Shown: positions 37,845 through 50,590 of the stretch, one piece after another | Layout of the letters: the number at the start of each line of letters is the position of its first letter | Position numbering within the stretch: the first letter of the stretch is position 1 | Assembly: GCA_035084275.1 (NCBI GenBank) | Contig: CM068753.1 | Span: forward strand, 5,890,001 to 5,954,000 | Direction of reading: 5' to 3' | Source of the DNA: Hydrolagus colliei | Taxonomy: Eukaryota | DNA length: 64,000 nucleotides | Made by a program: the position numbers and the translations under genes | Notes under the pieces: model-generated | The model's input: only the letters and a program-made list of their open reading frames with translations | Told to the model about the DNA's origin: nothing | Database searches by the model: none

Positions 37845-38529
37845 CTGCCCTAAGATGGCGGTGGGGAGGCTTCACCGAGTGCAGGGCGCATGCGCCCCAA
37901 CAGGGAGTGCCAGAAATGTAATCATGTTGGTAGCCGAAAATCCGTTAAATATTAGCCCCAAAGTAGCCCAATATAACATCGGTGGACAATGTAGGTTACG
38001 CTCTTTGAAACTGAAAGAAAAAGAGGGAAAAATCGTTGTGGAGGTTTAAATTTAAATAAAATTAGGTCCCCTGCCCAAAGCCGTTTCATTTCTACCCACA
38101 GCGCAGCGCAGCGAAAACACGCCCAATCGGGCGTGAACCCGCCCAACTCGGCAACGTTGAATCGCCGAGTACAGAGCGCATGCGCATCTTCGCTTCCGCC
38201 CTCCCACCCTCCACTACTTTCTCCCCTTTCCCTACTTCTCCTCCTTCCCACCGACTGACTGACGCGGGCGGGGCATCATGGGGAAAACGTTTCCCGCCAA
38301 GCGCGTGCAGCTGTCCCACAATGCATTGCGCGGCAGCCTTGCGCTGTGAAGGGGAGAGCTCGGCGGCGGCTCGCGTTCAAAATAAACAGCGCGCGGCCAT
38401 TTTCCCACCGGGTCGTTACGAACCGCGGCGCGCGCGAGCGCCTCCACTCTGCCTCCGCGCAAAACCGCTTTATCACCATAGTTAATCCCCGCTAAATAAC
38501 CGTTGGCGGTTAGTGAAAGCCGTGAGGAG
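37845..38529. promoter_or_regulatory. Bidirectional CpG-island promoter of GLYCTK/WDR82, including a probable non-coding GLYCTK exon 1 (minus-strand donor at 37845)
   Basis: High CpG; NRF1 palindromes GCGCATGCGC at 37886 and 38176; YY1 motif AAGATGGCG 37852-37860; CCAAT near 38123; E2F-like TTTCCCGCC near 38290; minus-strand donor CAG|GTAAAT. Confidence 0.8.
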
Positions 38530-38690
38530 ATGAAGCTGACGGATAACGTGCTGCGCAGTTTCCGAGTGGCCAAGGTGTTCCGAGAAAACACCGACAAAAT
38601 CAACTGCTTCGACTTCTCCCCCAACGGCGAGACGCTCATTTCCAGCAGCGACGATGACTCCATCGTACTGTACGACTGCCAGGAGGGGAA
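38530..38690 (+). CDS. WDR82: WD repeat-containing protein 82, exon 1
   Basis: [54 protein letters not shown]; |gtgagt. Confidence 0.98.
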
Positions 38691-40343
38691 GTGAGTCTTT
38701 ATTGTGTGAGGGTTTTTAAACAATTTTCACCACATGAAGAAGGAATGGGCGAGAGAGTCGCGCTTCCTTTGAAGGCCTACAGCCTCAGCCTCCATTCTCA
38801 GTGAGGCCGGAAGGCGTGGTAGGGCCGGAGAGCTGCAAAAATAACCGGATTGCAGCAATTTATTCAGTGATTTTTTTTCAGTATGACTGCACACATTTAC
38901 TTTCCGCGCCAAAATGAAAAAAAACGACCACTACACCAAACACAAGTGGGGCAAAAAATATGTTTTTATTTAGGAAAATCCTACCCTGTAATCTAATATC
39001 GGAGATTCTTCCACCTCGTTCTAATGTTGAAGTGGAATATTTCCTTTTCTTCCTCTTCCTCCAACAGAAACACCATCTCCATTAAAAAAAAATCCAGATT
39101 GTTGAAAATCGTGATGTGTTACAACAGTCAAACATGCTGGAAAGTTCCCTTTCTGTATCAATGCTGTACAGCATGCATGCGATTGAGAATTTCTAAAGGG
39201 GGTGATGTAAATATTATAAGTATTATTCAGTTGCTCTTGGCATTGAGCACTTGCAGCCATTGTTTCTGGATTTCTCGGCATTGGAAATCCGTGTTATTGA
39301 AACTAGTTCGTTTTCTTGATGGAGTACCACGTTTCTTTATTAATAATAATGTAATGTCATGCTAAATTTGTGTCCTTTTGTAATCTTAAAAAAAATCTGA
39401 ATGCAGTTAAGGTGAAAAGTCTGTTTGTAACATCAGCTGATTCTTGAATTGTCAATGGCATTTGGTCTATTCGTTTACATTATAAAATGTTATGTAAGGA
39501 CGAGAGTGCAGTACAAAAGTAGATGAATCTCAGATCAGGCGGCTAAATCTTTCCTCGGAAACCAACTGCTCTGCACAAGGATATTTTTTACATTTGGGTA
39601 AATTGGACTGTTCCTTGGTCCTTCCTGGTGTAACATGAACTTATTACAGCCATTATATTTTCAATATAAATGTACACTTATCATAAAATGTGGCTACTGT
39701 AACTTGATTATTAATTATTATTAATTTATAAAATTGAGGTACTGTACCTTGTGTTGCAAGCAAGAGACCCAGGTTTGATTGCTGGCAACAACAAAATTAC
39801 ACTTGAATAGCACCTTTCACATTAAGGAGGACGTCTTGAGGCGCTGGACAGTCATTGTTTCAGGCCCGAGCTGGGGACAGGGAAGGTGGAGAGAAAGGGG
39901 GAATTTGGAGTGACCGATGGGCAAGTTTCCTTACTCCACATGCCTGATGATAATCTCTCAAGTAAAATAAATATAAAATTGGTCACTTCAATCCATATAG
40001 TCAATTCACTTTACAGTATATTCAGTGAAGCGCTTTGAGACGCATAGAAGACGTGAAAAGCGTTATATTAAATGCAAGGATTATTATTTCAGTGCCTTGG
40101 GACGTCCTCTACTTGAAAGATGCTATACAAATGAAATTTTGTTGTTGTTATGAGTGTATTGATTTGAGTACCTTGTGTGCTGTTTGGCTTGTAATAGAAG
40201 TAGAAAAATCTTTTAAAGAGCACCGTGTAACTTCCTCAGCTAGGACGACTTTGGGAGGGCAAACAGGATCTACTTTGAGCTGAACTAGCTCCAAGGTGAC
40301 ATGCTTGGTAATGGAATGTTGGAACCAAGTTAATCTTCTGCGG

Positions 40344-40864
40344 CAGTGTGGTCCCAACTGGTGGCTTGTGGGCCGCGGATTCAACTTGGAAGGTGATTTC
40401 CTCCAGCCCGCCAACTCAGTTGGATTGTGTGTCCACAACCCAGGTTTGGTCTGATTCGGCGTGAAAAACAGTTGCATGAGGCAAAAGTTAGCAGTGAAAC
40501 CTGTCATTCGCTTTTAAACAAGTAACAAAAGATATAAAGATGGCCATAGATACAGCAAGTGAGATACATATGCAGAGAGAGATAGTCATACAGATAGTGA
40601 AAGATACAGAAAGACACAGAGACAGCCAACGCATCTGACTGTATTTTAAATTTTACATGAATTTTTGCATTGCCTATCTAAAGTTTGCAATATAATTTAA
40701 ATATACTGAAATTAAGTTATACAGTTACACAATTTAAAACAGGATTTCTAGATGAATTTTATGGGTTATGTTTCTGGAAAGGAAACTCAAAAATATTGCT
40801 TATATGGCCCAAGGACATTTCTCAAGTCTGGCATTCATCCCTGAGTAGCCAAAAGGCCACCTTG
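40344..40864. mobile_element. Decayed hAT-Charlie-like non-autonomous DNA element
   Basis: Start cagtgtggtcccaactggtggcttgtgggccgc and end tatggcccaagg...agccaaaaggccaccttg resemble Charlie-type termini; TSD only partly matching (ttctgcgg/ctctaagg). Confidence 0.45.
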
Positions 40865-41988
40865 CTCTAAGGTGTTTTCAGTAGTCCAGTTCCTGACATG
40901 GGGTGAAAAACAGTGTACTCCAGGGCACTGCTGTTTACTGATCAGCCAACCTGGGTCATTGGCTGGACTTGGGAGCAGAGATTCTTGCCATTTGGTTCCT
41001 CTTTACCTTGCCAACCAAAACCTTATGGGTAGGATGCTCCTAGCTGGGCAACGTATCCATTTTTAGCTGCTTTTAATTCAGTCAGTACTTCCAATGCGTT
41101 TTCAATTCCTAAAGCCCTCGCGTTTGCCAACTGAGTTTAACACTCTAGGTAAGCAGTGTGTAAATAAAAAAATAATCCTTGCAGTTGGTTTATAGCGCTT
41201 TTCACATCTTCTGGATGCCTCAAAATGCTTCTGTAATGTGAATTGTGGGCAAAACGTGGCAGCCAATTGCGCATAGCAGTGTCCCACAAACAGTCGTGGA
41301 TTGAAATGACCAATGGTTTGAAGGTGTCCTGTCTGGTGAATTAAGTGTGTTCTCTCTACTTGAGCAACATACTCAACTTTAAAATCTGTTATTTTCACTA
41401 CGATTTACTCTGATCAGGAAAAGACCCAAATGTATAATTGTTGATTTCTGAATTTAATCAGTAAAAATTGCTACAGTAGGTTTTGGAATTTTCAATTTCC
41501 TCCAAGTCAAGGAAAATTTATTCCAACAGTTAAGCATTTAAAAAATTATAATTAAAAACTCACTGACTTCTATGTCATAAGGTCAAAGATTCCAATAGGT
41601 AAAGAAAGTATGTTTGATTATTTGTTAAACTCAAAAAAAATTATGTGAAGTAAGATTATTTTGAAAGTTGGTCTTTTATTTACTAAAAGTAGTAGAACTG
41701 TATGATAGCATCATGGGTGGCTAAATCAGTGGTTCATTGTTCATTTATGTTTTGAATGTTTGAATAGTGGTGGAATTATTAAGTAAATTTTCAGGAATGG
41801 AGGAGGATGTATTGATGTGTTTTCCATGATGTATTAAGATGCACTTGAATTTAGCTCTTGTGAAGATGGACTTCCTGTCAACTACTAGGTCTCCATTGTT
41901 AGTTCAAGTAGGATTACATTTGACTTATGGACTTTGCCTTTACCTGGTCACTTAAACTAATTGAATGTAAATATTTTTTGTCTGTTAG

Positions 41989-42086
41989 ACCAAAGCGAAC
42001 ACTCTACAGTAAGAAGTATGGTGTGGACCTGATCAGATACACACATGCAGCAAATACTGTGGTTTACAGTTCTAACAAAATTGATG
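41989..42086 (+). CDS. WDR82: WDR82 exon 2 (98 nt)
   Basis: [32 protein letters not shown]; ag|...|gtaagt. Confidence 0.97.
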
Positions 42087-44854
42087 GTAAGTTTTAACTT
42101 CTATTCTGATTTTTTTTGGTTCCTTGGAAATGTTGACCCTTTCAAGAATTATACCTTTGTGTTTTGCAAAATAGGCATATGCTGTAGTGTGGTAGTTGTC
42201 AGCTTTCAGATGATATGGCAAATAAAAGTGTCTGTCTGTTAATGTGGGCATTAAAGATCCCTTGTTACTATTCAAAAAGAGAAGTGAATTTTACCTGTTG
42301 TCTTTGTCACCAATCTTCCGGATACATTTGGTCAATCAGCTCCGGTTTGTGGAACGTTGATATGCAGAAATTATGTGACATTTGCTTATAAACATGATTA
42401 CTACACTAAACAGTAATTACTGTGCAGCGCTTTTCAGATATTTCTGTAGTGGGATTGCGGGAAGATTATTTAATATAACATTTGTAATAAGTGAGTAGGA
42501 ATTGCAAAATCTAGAAATCGGAGTGTTAAACAACAACTTACAATTATATAGCACCCTTCATATGTCTTCGAGTGTTTAAATCATTTCTCAAGTGTTGGAT
42601 CTAGTAAGTTCACAGAATTGAGTGAAATCTTTTAGAAGTCTATAGTGGTTGAAGGAGACTTATTATTAGTTTATTCAGTTTAATACCACAAGTGTGCAGT
42701 CCGTGGCTCTAATTAATAATGTTTCTGATCCTCTTTGCCCCACTCCCATATTTAAAGATCAATGGGTCAGAAAATAAAAATTGGATACATTTGTGTATAT
42801 TTTGTGTTTATGAGTTTGAATAAGATGATAGCCAATTAAATAATTTGAAAAGCTGGAATGGAGGTATTAATGAGCCAAACCATTTGTGGAATATGAATTA
42901 ATATACATGGGTGAAACTGCTACATCCCAGGTTATTGACCATATCTCTAATAATATTAATTAATCTTTGTAACTCTTCCAAGTCATTTGGTACAGTGAAT
43001 TTTATTAGCAGTCATTGGTTTTCATTAGTAATTGCTGCTTAAAGGGAGGTTATGCTCTTTGGGAAGCATTTATAGTGTAAAATACTTTCCACATTGTTCC
43101 TTTCAATAACTTATTACAATTTCCCAATGTGTTTGGGAATATTAATTTCTAAGACTTTGTACTAAGACTAAGTTCTGATGTTATATGTTGAATCAAGGTG
43201 TGTACTTATTCTTTGATCTTAGCCATAAATTTGCTTTTATGGGATCAGTATACTTTTTCTGGGATTGTCTTCCTCATTCTGGGATAATGATCTACAGCAG
43301 CATACCAAGCAGCTGAGTGCCGCGTAACAGGTCACAGACTCGATGAGCTAAATGGCCTCCATTTGTGCTGTAAAATTCTATGGGATTTGTTTGGAATTTC
43401 ATATGAACATTTGGGATTTTTTTGAGTCAAGTAATTTTGATATTTTAATAACCTATATGATTACCTGTTTGTTCAATTTCTCTCACCAAAAAACATAGTA
43501 GCAATATAATGATAAGAGATCAACTAATGTAGATGGGATTGTAGATGTGTGTACACACTGAGGAAACATTTCAATTTATTGTTTTGGGAGTTTGCTAAGA
43601 TCGTATTAATCTCTTACAAAAAAATGAGGCATTTGTAGTCTCAGTATAGTTTTTTGTGTAAGTATGAAAAAATGAAGTGTACACTTAATAGAGCAAAATT
43701 AACTTATTATTGCAATAGTATGTTGTAATCTAAACCCCAAGGAGCCAATATTTTTAAAAAATGGAAGTAAGGAATAAGAGTCCTTTTAAATATCCTGATT
43801 CATAATGGCTGCCTTCCTATGGAATTAATTACTGTAGTTCATAATACAGTAAAACTATTTAAAAGAAAATCTACATTTAGAGTATCCATTGAATTAGTAC
43901 CCTTCCACAGTATGTCACTTGTGGTCTGTTGGGAAATACGAGCACCAATGCAAGTTCTATTGCACAGCAAATTGGAACAGTAAAATGTGTTATACATAGA
44001 TGGGTTTTTATAAGAAATTGATGGGACTGCATTTACATTCTCAAGTGAATCCTTAAAAAATTTATGTTTTTGATTTCTATCATATCATCTACTTAGGAAA
44101 TATATATTTGTAGTGAAAGAGTCAAATTTAATTGTAATTGAGCAGCTATTTAGTGCTTTGAGGGGATTGCACTGTGGACTGTTCAATGGTCTACACAGAG
44201 TTAGTTGGCCTTACCCAGTGAAGGCTTTATGAACATTTCAATTGAATTTACCCCCCCATTACAATGCAAGAAAATCAGCCTGGGTTCCTATTCCTAACCA
44301 CTTTGAACTATTGCTGAAAATCTGCATGTGTGGATGTCAGATGGGAACAGGATTGGGTTGCTTGTTTGCTCACTGTGAAGTTCACAGTGAGTGATCAACA
44401 GATCTGATTGTGTTCCAATCTGTGGGAACAGATGAAGTAAGCTCACAGTAAGTGAAGCTGCTTGTGCGAGATTACCGTAGCTTTTGTATCTTGGTGTGAA
44501 TAAAGTAGGAAGAAAGTGGTGGTGAGGGGGAGCTAAATCTTGGCATTCTCTACTATTAACTAAGTGTTTTGATTTTGACCTTGAAAGATTTTTTTTCTAG
44601 AACGAAACCCAGAATGACATTGAATTGTTGGCTGATAATAAACCAGTACAGTCTGTTTTTTCTTGTCGGAACTGAGGACTGAGGTGATTTGCTGTTTACT
44701 CAGCCCAGCTATAGCATTGTTAGTGATCCAAAGTGACTGATTATTAAATCCAACAATCAAATCTGTCCACGATGTTTTGTCTTTGAGTTGGATATGAGTC
44801 ATTTTCCTTGTGTGATGTGGATGAGCAGACATCTGAATATTATTGCCTGTGCCC

Positions 44855-44938
44855 ATGCAGAGGTAGTTGTTTGTACAGTTTGAGGGTTTGTGACACCACC
44901 CGGTTGATGGAGATAACTGTACAAGCCACTGCCTTGCT
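44855..44938 (+). ncRNA. let-7g: let-7 family microRNA precursor (let-7g orthologue) in WDR82 intron 2; 5p about 44859-44880, 3p about 44917-44937
   Basis: AGAGGTAGTTGTTTGTACAGTT-TGAGGGTTTGTGACACCACCCGGTTGATGGAGATAA-CTGTACAAGCCACTGCCTTGC aligns with pre-let-7g; seed GAGGUAG intact; same host gene as in mammals. Confidence 0.95.
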
Positions 44939-46087
44939 TGGGCCAGAGACCAACATCATCCTGAAGCGACCAGGAGCTACTACAGAAGTACCTGCTATGT
45001 TTGAAGAATCTAAGTCTTATGAAGTATTATAAAATTGTTATGTATTTTCTTAATATCCTTTCTTTTCTTCCCTGATCGTCCTGACGTGTACTGAGTTTTG
45101 TTCTGTTGGTGATAGCACCTCAGCCAATTGTTCATGCCTCGTTTCTACGCCACAAGTGTAGACATGTTGACGCAGATGAGCTTGATTCTGTGCATCTGTA
45201 CATTTAGCAACAACAACAAACATCAGAATTACATTTGTAAAGCACCTTTCAAGTTTCAAGTTGGGAGGATGTCCCAGTTGGAGATCAGGATCCAAATGGA
45301 GGGGCTTGTGAAGGGAGTGTTAAGAGAGAATGAACAAAGCTGAAAGCAACAATTCTTTCACAAATCTTACAGCGAAATGGGAGGTTGGAGATGGGCCGGT
45401 AGCTGGAAAGCAGGGATGCATCCAGGGAAGGCTTCTTCAGGATGGGAGTGATTATAGCTATTTTGAGGTGTGTGGGATGATAGGGAGAGATTGATGTTGT
45501 TGAAGAGTAGAGGGAAAAAGAGGAAGAGCTGGGAAGTAGGGGGATGGGGTCAAGGTGGTGTGGGAATGGTCCAAATGGTAGTGATGAAAGGTTTGAAAAT
45601 GTGGAAGGTGAGATGGGTAGGGAAACTTGTTATTTTCAGTAGAAAAGTTGAACTGATTTGAGACCCAAATCATTATACTCAATATCCAATTGGATAATAT
45701 CATTATCATCAATATATAATATCATTATATCCAATATCCTTCAATTCCAAGTGCTCTGATTTTGAATTAGTCACAGAGTTCTAGATTACTCTGGGCAGAT
45801 TGTGGAACTGTTGGATTTTACTCACCGTAGAACAAGGCGTTCTCGCTGTATGCTGCAGAGGGCAGCTTCCGCTTTTAGTGGCACCTCCCATTAATGTCGT
45901 CACTAACAATGTCATGACACAGTGCATTGGAACTGCAGCAGGCTGCTTTCTGAGACTCATTTAATTAAAAATGCTAATGGATTTTTATTGCAACATAAAG
46001 TAATCAAATGTCTATTCCTGTATTTTTTAAACTACATTCTTTTACCCTGTTAACTGCATACAAATTGCTTTCTGTGTTTCATTATAG

Positions 46088-46154
46088 ATACTATCAGGTA
46101 CTTATCACTCCATGATAACAAGTACATTAGATACTTCCATGGTCATAGTAAAAG
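46088..46154 (+). CDS. WDR82: WDR82 exon 3 (67 nt)
   Basis: (D)[21 protein letters not shown](R); canonical splice sites. Confidence 0.96.
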
Positions 46155-47640
46155 GTAAGTGAATAATTGCTATGAACTAATGATAATGTATAAATTATTA
46201 TACTTAGATGTTTTAATAGATTTAAAATGTTATTATTATATACTTAGAGGTTCAAGCCTATGCAATCTATAAATTGTGAACTTACTGAGGTAAAGGGAAT
46301 CAAAATGGATATGGACAGGAGGAAATCTCCCTTTCTGCCTCTCATTGTTCTTTATAAGCTAGTTGTCTGTTTCTAAGAAATGGAATGGTGGAATAAAATA
46401 ATAATAATCCTTGCATTTGATATAATGCTTTTTAGGTCTTCTAGACGTCTCAAAGCTTTCACAGAATACACTGTAAAGTGAATTAACTGTATATTGATTG
46501 TATAAGATGGTGATCAACAAGAAAATCTGGAATGAAAGTACATTTGTGTTCAAACTGTACTCCCTAAATATAGTAGAAAAGAACATAAATGTTTCTTACA
46601 CAACAAATCCTGATATTTAGGATTCTGTGTCACACCAGTTCAGTTGGTATCATTCTTCTCTCTGAGTTAGAAGATTATGGGTTCAAAATCCATATTGAGG
46701 CTTAAACCTTGATTTTCCAAAAGCCAGCAACTCTCTAAAACCGTCAAGATTTGAAAATACATAGCATTAGATTTTATCCGATGTCCAGCAAATCTCCCGA
46801 AGTTCGGAACAGCTGCTAATAATTTTTTAAAAATAAATTGGTCCTTTCAATGATTACAGGGACTTAATTGACTGCCGTGCCTAATTGACTGCCATGTTTT
46901 GCACACATATATAGAGCCAATTCACTTTACAGTATATTCTGTGGAACACTGACACACCTAGAAGATGTGGAAAGCACTACATCAAATGCAAGGATTATTA
47001 TTATTATAGTTATTATTATCACTCCACTTTATACTATGTCTTACGAAATGCAGTACAGTCCTCCCAAAGTGAAAAGTTGTGTATCGAATGTAAGGATTAA
47101 TATTCTTGCAGTCTGCAGTGGCATATTACAGGGAAGGAATCAATGTCCAGGGACAGTTCCATTATTATTTATTTTACTGCAATGGCTATTTGGGAACTAA
47201 CTGACTGCCCTACCCTGTAGAAATTCATTCACAGTTAGTAACAATGTCCTTTCTGGGTTTGTTGTCCGGCTCCCATCCCCACCACACTAAATGTGTAAGA
47301 TCTGGTTCATCTCCAGCTCATTGATATACGATATGCTTTGGAACAGCTCACAAACTAACTATCCAGCCTTTAAGTGTGTAGAAAACCTGTTAACATTACA
47401 ATGCTAATTTCATGGGAATGATAATTTCCTACAACTTGTATCTGCCAGTTGCACATGGTAAATAAAGCTGTGCCATTGAGTTGAGTAAAGTCCCAGTCTT
47501 GCAATTCCAGCAAAAATATAATTGATGAGAGAAAGTCAGCCTGGGGAATAATCTGGTAATTAGTAATATTTGTAACATTTTATAGTGTTGAGCTTTATAA
47601 AAATTGAGAATAACTTTCTAATTTTTTTTGCATGTTTCAG

Positions 47641-47740
47641 AGTTGTAGCATTGTGCATGTCTCCGGTGGACGACACTTTCATGTCCAGTTCCCTGGATAA
47701 AACCATCAGATTGTGGGACCTCAGATCACCTAATTGCCAG
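47641..47740 (+). CDS. WDR82: WDR82 exon 4 (100 nt)
   Basis: [33 protein letters not shown]. Confidence 0.97.
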
Positions 47741-50066
47741 GTGTGTTCTGCCCATCTCTTGCCTTAATGATTCCTAAATAACATTACCGTCGTATAATAT
47801 GTGCACATACAAGGCTTAAATTAGGGAACTATACGTAAAGATGAGTGATTTTCAAAATTGTAACTGTATTTTTAAAACAAAATTAGATTATATTTTAACT
47901 AGAATGTTGTGAACGGTATAAGATCAGCAGTTTTTTTTAAATCTTAGGATTCCAAGTTTATTTGACTTTTTTGATTTTCACATGAATGAATGTCTTTATA
48001 AAAAAAACTCATTACTGTATACGTTTGGGAACAAAAAGCCACTTAAAAAGAAAAAGTCTTTTGTGTGGGCTCTTTGAAAACTGCTTCCAGCAAACATCTG
48101 TGCTTGCAAATCAGATGAGAGTACCTGCTTCCTTTTTGACAGTGATGGATAGTTGACTTTTTTCAGCTCCTGGTCCTGCTGCTCTGAACAACAGGACGAC
48201 CAGCTGACAAAAGTCACCGTAGGCTGTCTTGATCAACTGGCTTAAAAGAATCTGGGAGCTGGCCAGAAAACATGTCCCTTATCATCTGAATAGTGCTGTG
48301 TAACAGAAAAAGATGGCAATATCCTTCATACATTAATGGTAACTTATCTTTCTTGCATTGATGGCAGTTGACTGTATTACCAGTTGATAGAATTCATATT
48401 CAAGTATAATTCCGGTGGAAACATTCATTATGAACACTTTGAGACGCCGCCCGGCATAGAGGATGCTATATAGATGCATGGCATTGAATGGCAACTTCTT
48501 TGTCAAGAAATTGCTGAGTCATTTGAAGCCACAATGTAGCTAGTAAAAGTAGATGAATATACTGGAATATAGTTATCTTAAATTATGTCTTTGTCTGCTG
48601 ACCAATAATTTATTTTCCAATGCGAACAATAAAATGAAGTTCTCCTCACAGACTAATTGGATTGGGGAAACGGAAACGCTTAAAATTCCTGCTTTGATCT
48701 TTCATCCATGAATTACTTAGTTATGGCCTTTCTACTAAATATTGCTGTCTTCCAAAAGGAGCATTTGGATTGTAATATATGTCGGTTTTAAGAAAAATAC
48801 TTTCTAATTACTATTAAAAGAAAAAATATTTCAAGGTAATTCTTTGATATTTAACACTCAGCAGTAATTAGACTCAAGTACAGCACTATTGCTGATTATG
48901 TACAAACTAGGTCTTTGATCTATTAATGCAAATACGTTCCTTGAAGATCAAAGCATCAACTGGGGACAACCCTGGCAATGTTTTAACTGGAGTTTTGCAA
49001 TGCTGAATGTTCTAGTGCATCAAACATATTAATTCATATGCCTGTCATTCTCTCTTAATTTGATAATTGAGGAAAACAGAAATAGCCTAAACGGATAGGT
49101 ACTTAACATGTGGATGTGTTTCACATATTTGTACAGAATGAATGCAAGTGAAAAAAATCTTATTTTAAAGCGATCTTTTGTTTTGTCCTCCAGTTCGTCC
49201 TATTTGCTATATTAAAAAGTGCAAAGGATGAACTCCAGTAATGTAGGCCAAGAGAATTGACTTCCGATGGAGCACAACCACTAGCTGTTGTTAGCTATGT
49301 TTACTGTTTCCAAACTGTCTAGGGAGGAAGACGATCTGAGCATTCTGGGCACTATGACTGTGATATGTGATAGACATGTCGTGTATGGAATCTCTATGCT
49401 AATTTCACTAGAGAGCATCCTTCAGGGCCCGGTGAAGGAAACATTAGTCACAAATTTAAGATGGTAAAGTACCAAATTTCAAATAGAACAAAGCATTTTG
49501 TTTATTTAAGCATGTAGGTAGACTGGAAGCATATATTTTATCTGAATCCTCCCATTGAGATATTTTAAAAACGGTACACTTCTAGACATTATTAGTGCTC
49601 AGAATAGTTCAGATTATTTTTTGGAGTCGTTTAGAAACTTCATGCTCTTTCAGCTAATTAGAATTCACAAAATTTAAGTAAGTTGCTGAAAAAATCAAAA
49701 GATTTTTTTTAAATAAAGGGTTGATTCATCCTTTACACAGGGTAGGAATTGTACACTTGCACAGTTGCCCACACACAAGGCAGCAAGTGGAGAATTGGCA
49801 TGCTCCCATAGAAGGAGAATTAGTTAGGCATTTTGAACACTCTGCTCATTTCATTTTAAAGAACTTCTGCCAAAGGCCCAGAGGGAGGTTCCCTGTCCTT
49901 CCAACCACAGATGGTGAACAGTTGCAGCGGCATAATAGAACAAGGGTGGATCATAGATATAAATACGTTAAAGAGACTTTTAAGGGGGTGGAATTACTGC
50001 ACCATTGAAGTTATAATCTGACATCCTTTCTTATTGTCTCGTTTGTTTTATTCATCCTTTACACAG

Positions 50067-50183
50067 GGGTTAATGCATCTTCAGGGGAGGCCAACATGCT
50101 CCTTTGATCCTGAGGGACTTATATTTGCAGCTGGTGTGAATTCAGAGATAATCAAACTTTATGATCTACGGTCATTTGACAAG
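50067..50183 (+). CDS. WDR82: WDR82 exon 5 (117 nt)
   Basis: [39 protein letters not shown]. Confidence 0.97.
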
Positions 50184-50209
50184 GTAACTTCTCCATCACC
50201 TAGAGAATT

Positions 50210-50590
50210 CAATTCAGGGTGCTGGTCTTCAACTTCAAAGCCCTCCGTGGCCATGTCCCACTCTACCTATGCGACCTTCTAAGCCCCTAACACTCCCTCC
50301 ACTCAGCAGATTCCTGCCTGCTGCATGTCCCCGATCTACCCACCCCACCATCGATGGGCGAGCCTTCAGCCACTCTGGAATTCCCTCCCGCAGTCCCTTC
50401 GCCCTCCGTCTCGTTGAAGTCCTGCCTCGACCCTTTTATTCGATGGCCCCATCGATCACCCCAGATCCCTTCCTTTCCTTCTACCCTCCCTGATCCCAAC
50501 CCCAGCTTGGGTCTGAAACACTGACCATCCAGTGCCCTCGGACGACCCCCAACGTGAGAGATGTGATACAAATGTAATTTTGTTTTAGTT
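50210..50590 (+). mobile_element. L2 LINE 3' fragment in WDR82 intron 5
   Basis: PRSTHPTIDGRAFSH motif and L2 tail. Confidence 0.75.

Noticed and set aside
38092-38723. Several overlapping ORFs at the WDR82 start
   Set aside because: Expected stop-poor frames in a GC-rich CpG island and antisense to exon 1
46138-46140. WDR82 YFHGH instead of human YFPGH
   Set aside because: A real difference, but this position precedes the WD40 GH motif and varies among distant orthologues; weak as a finding
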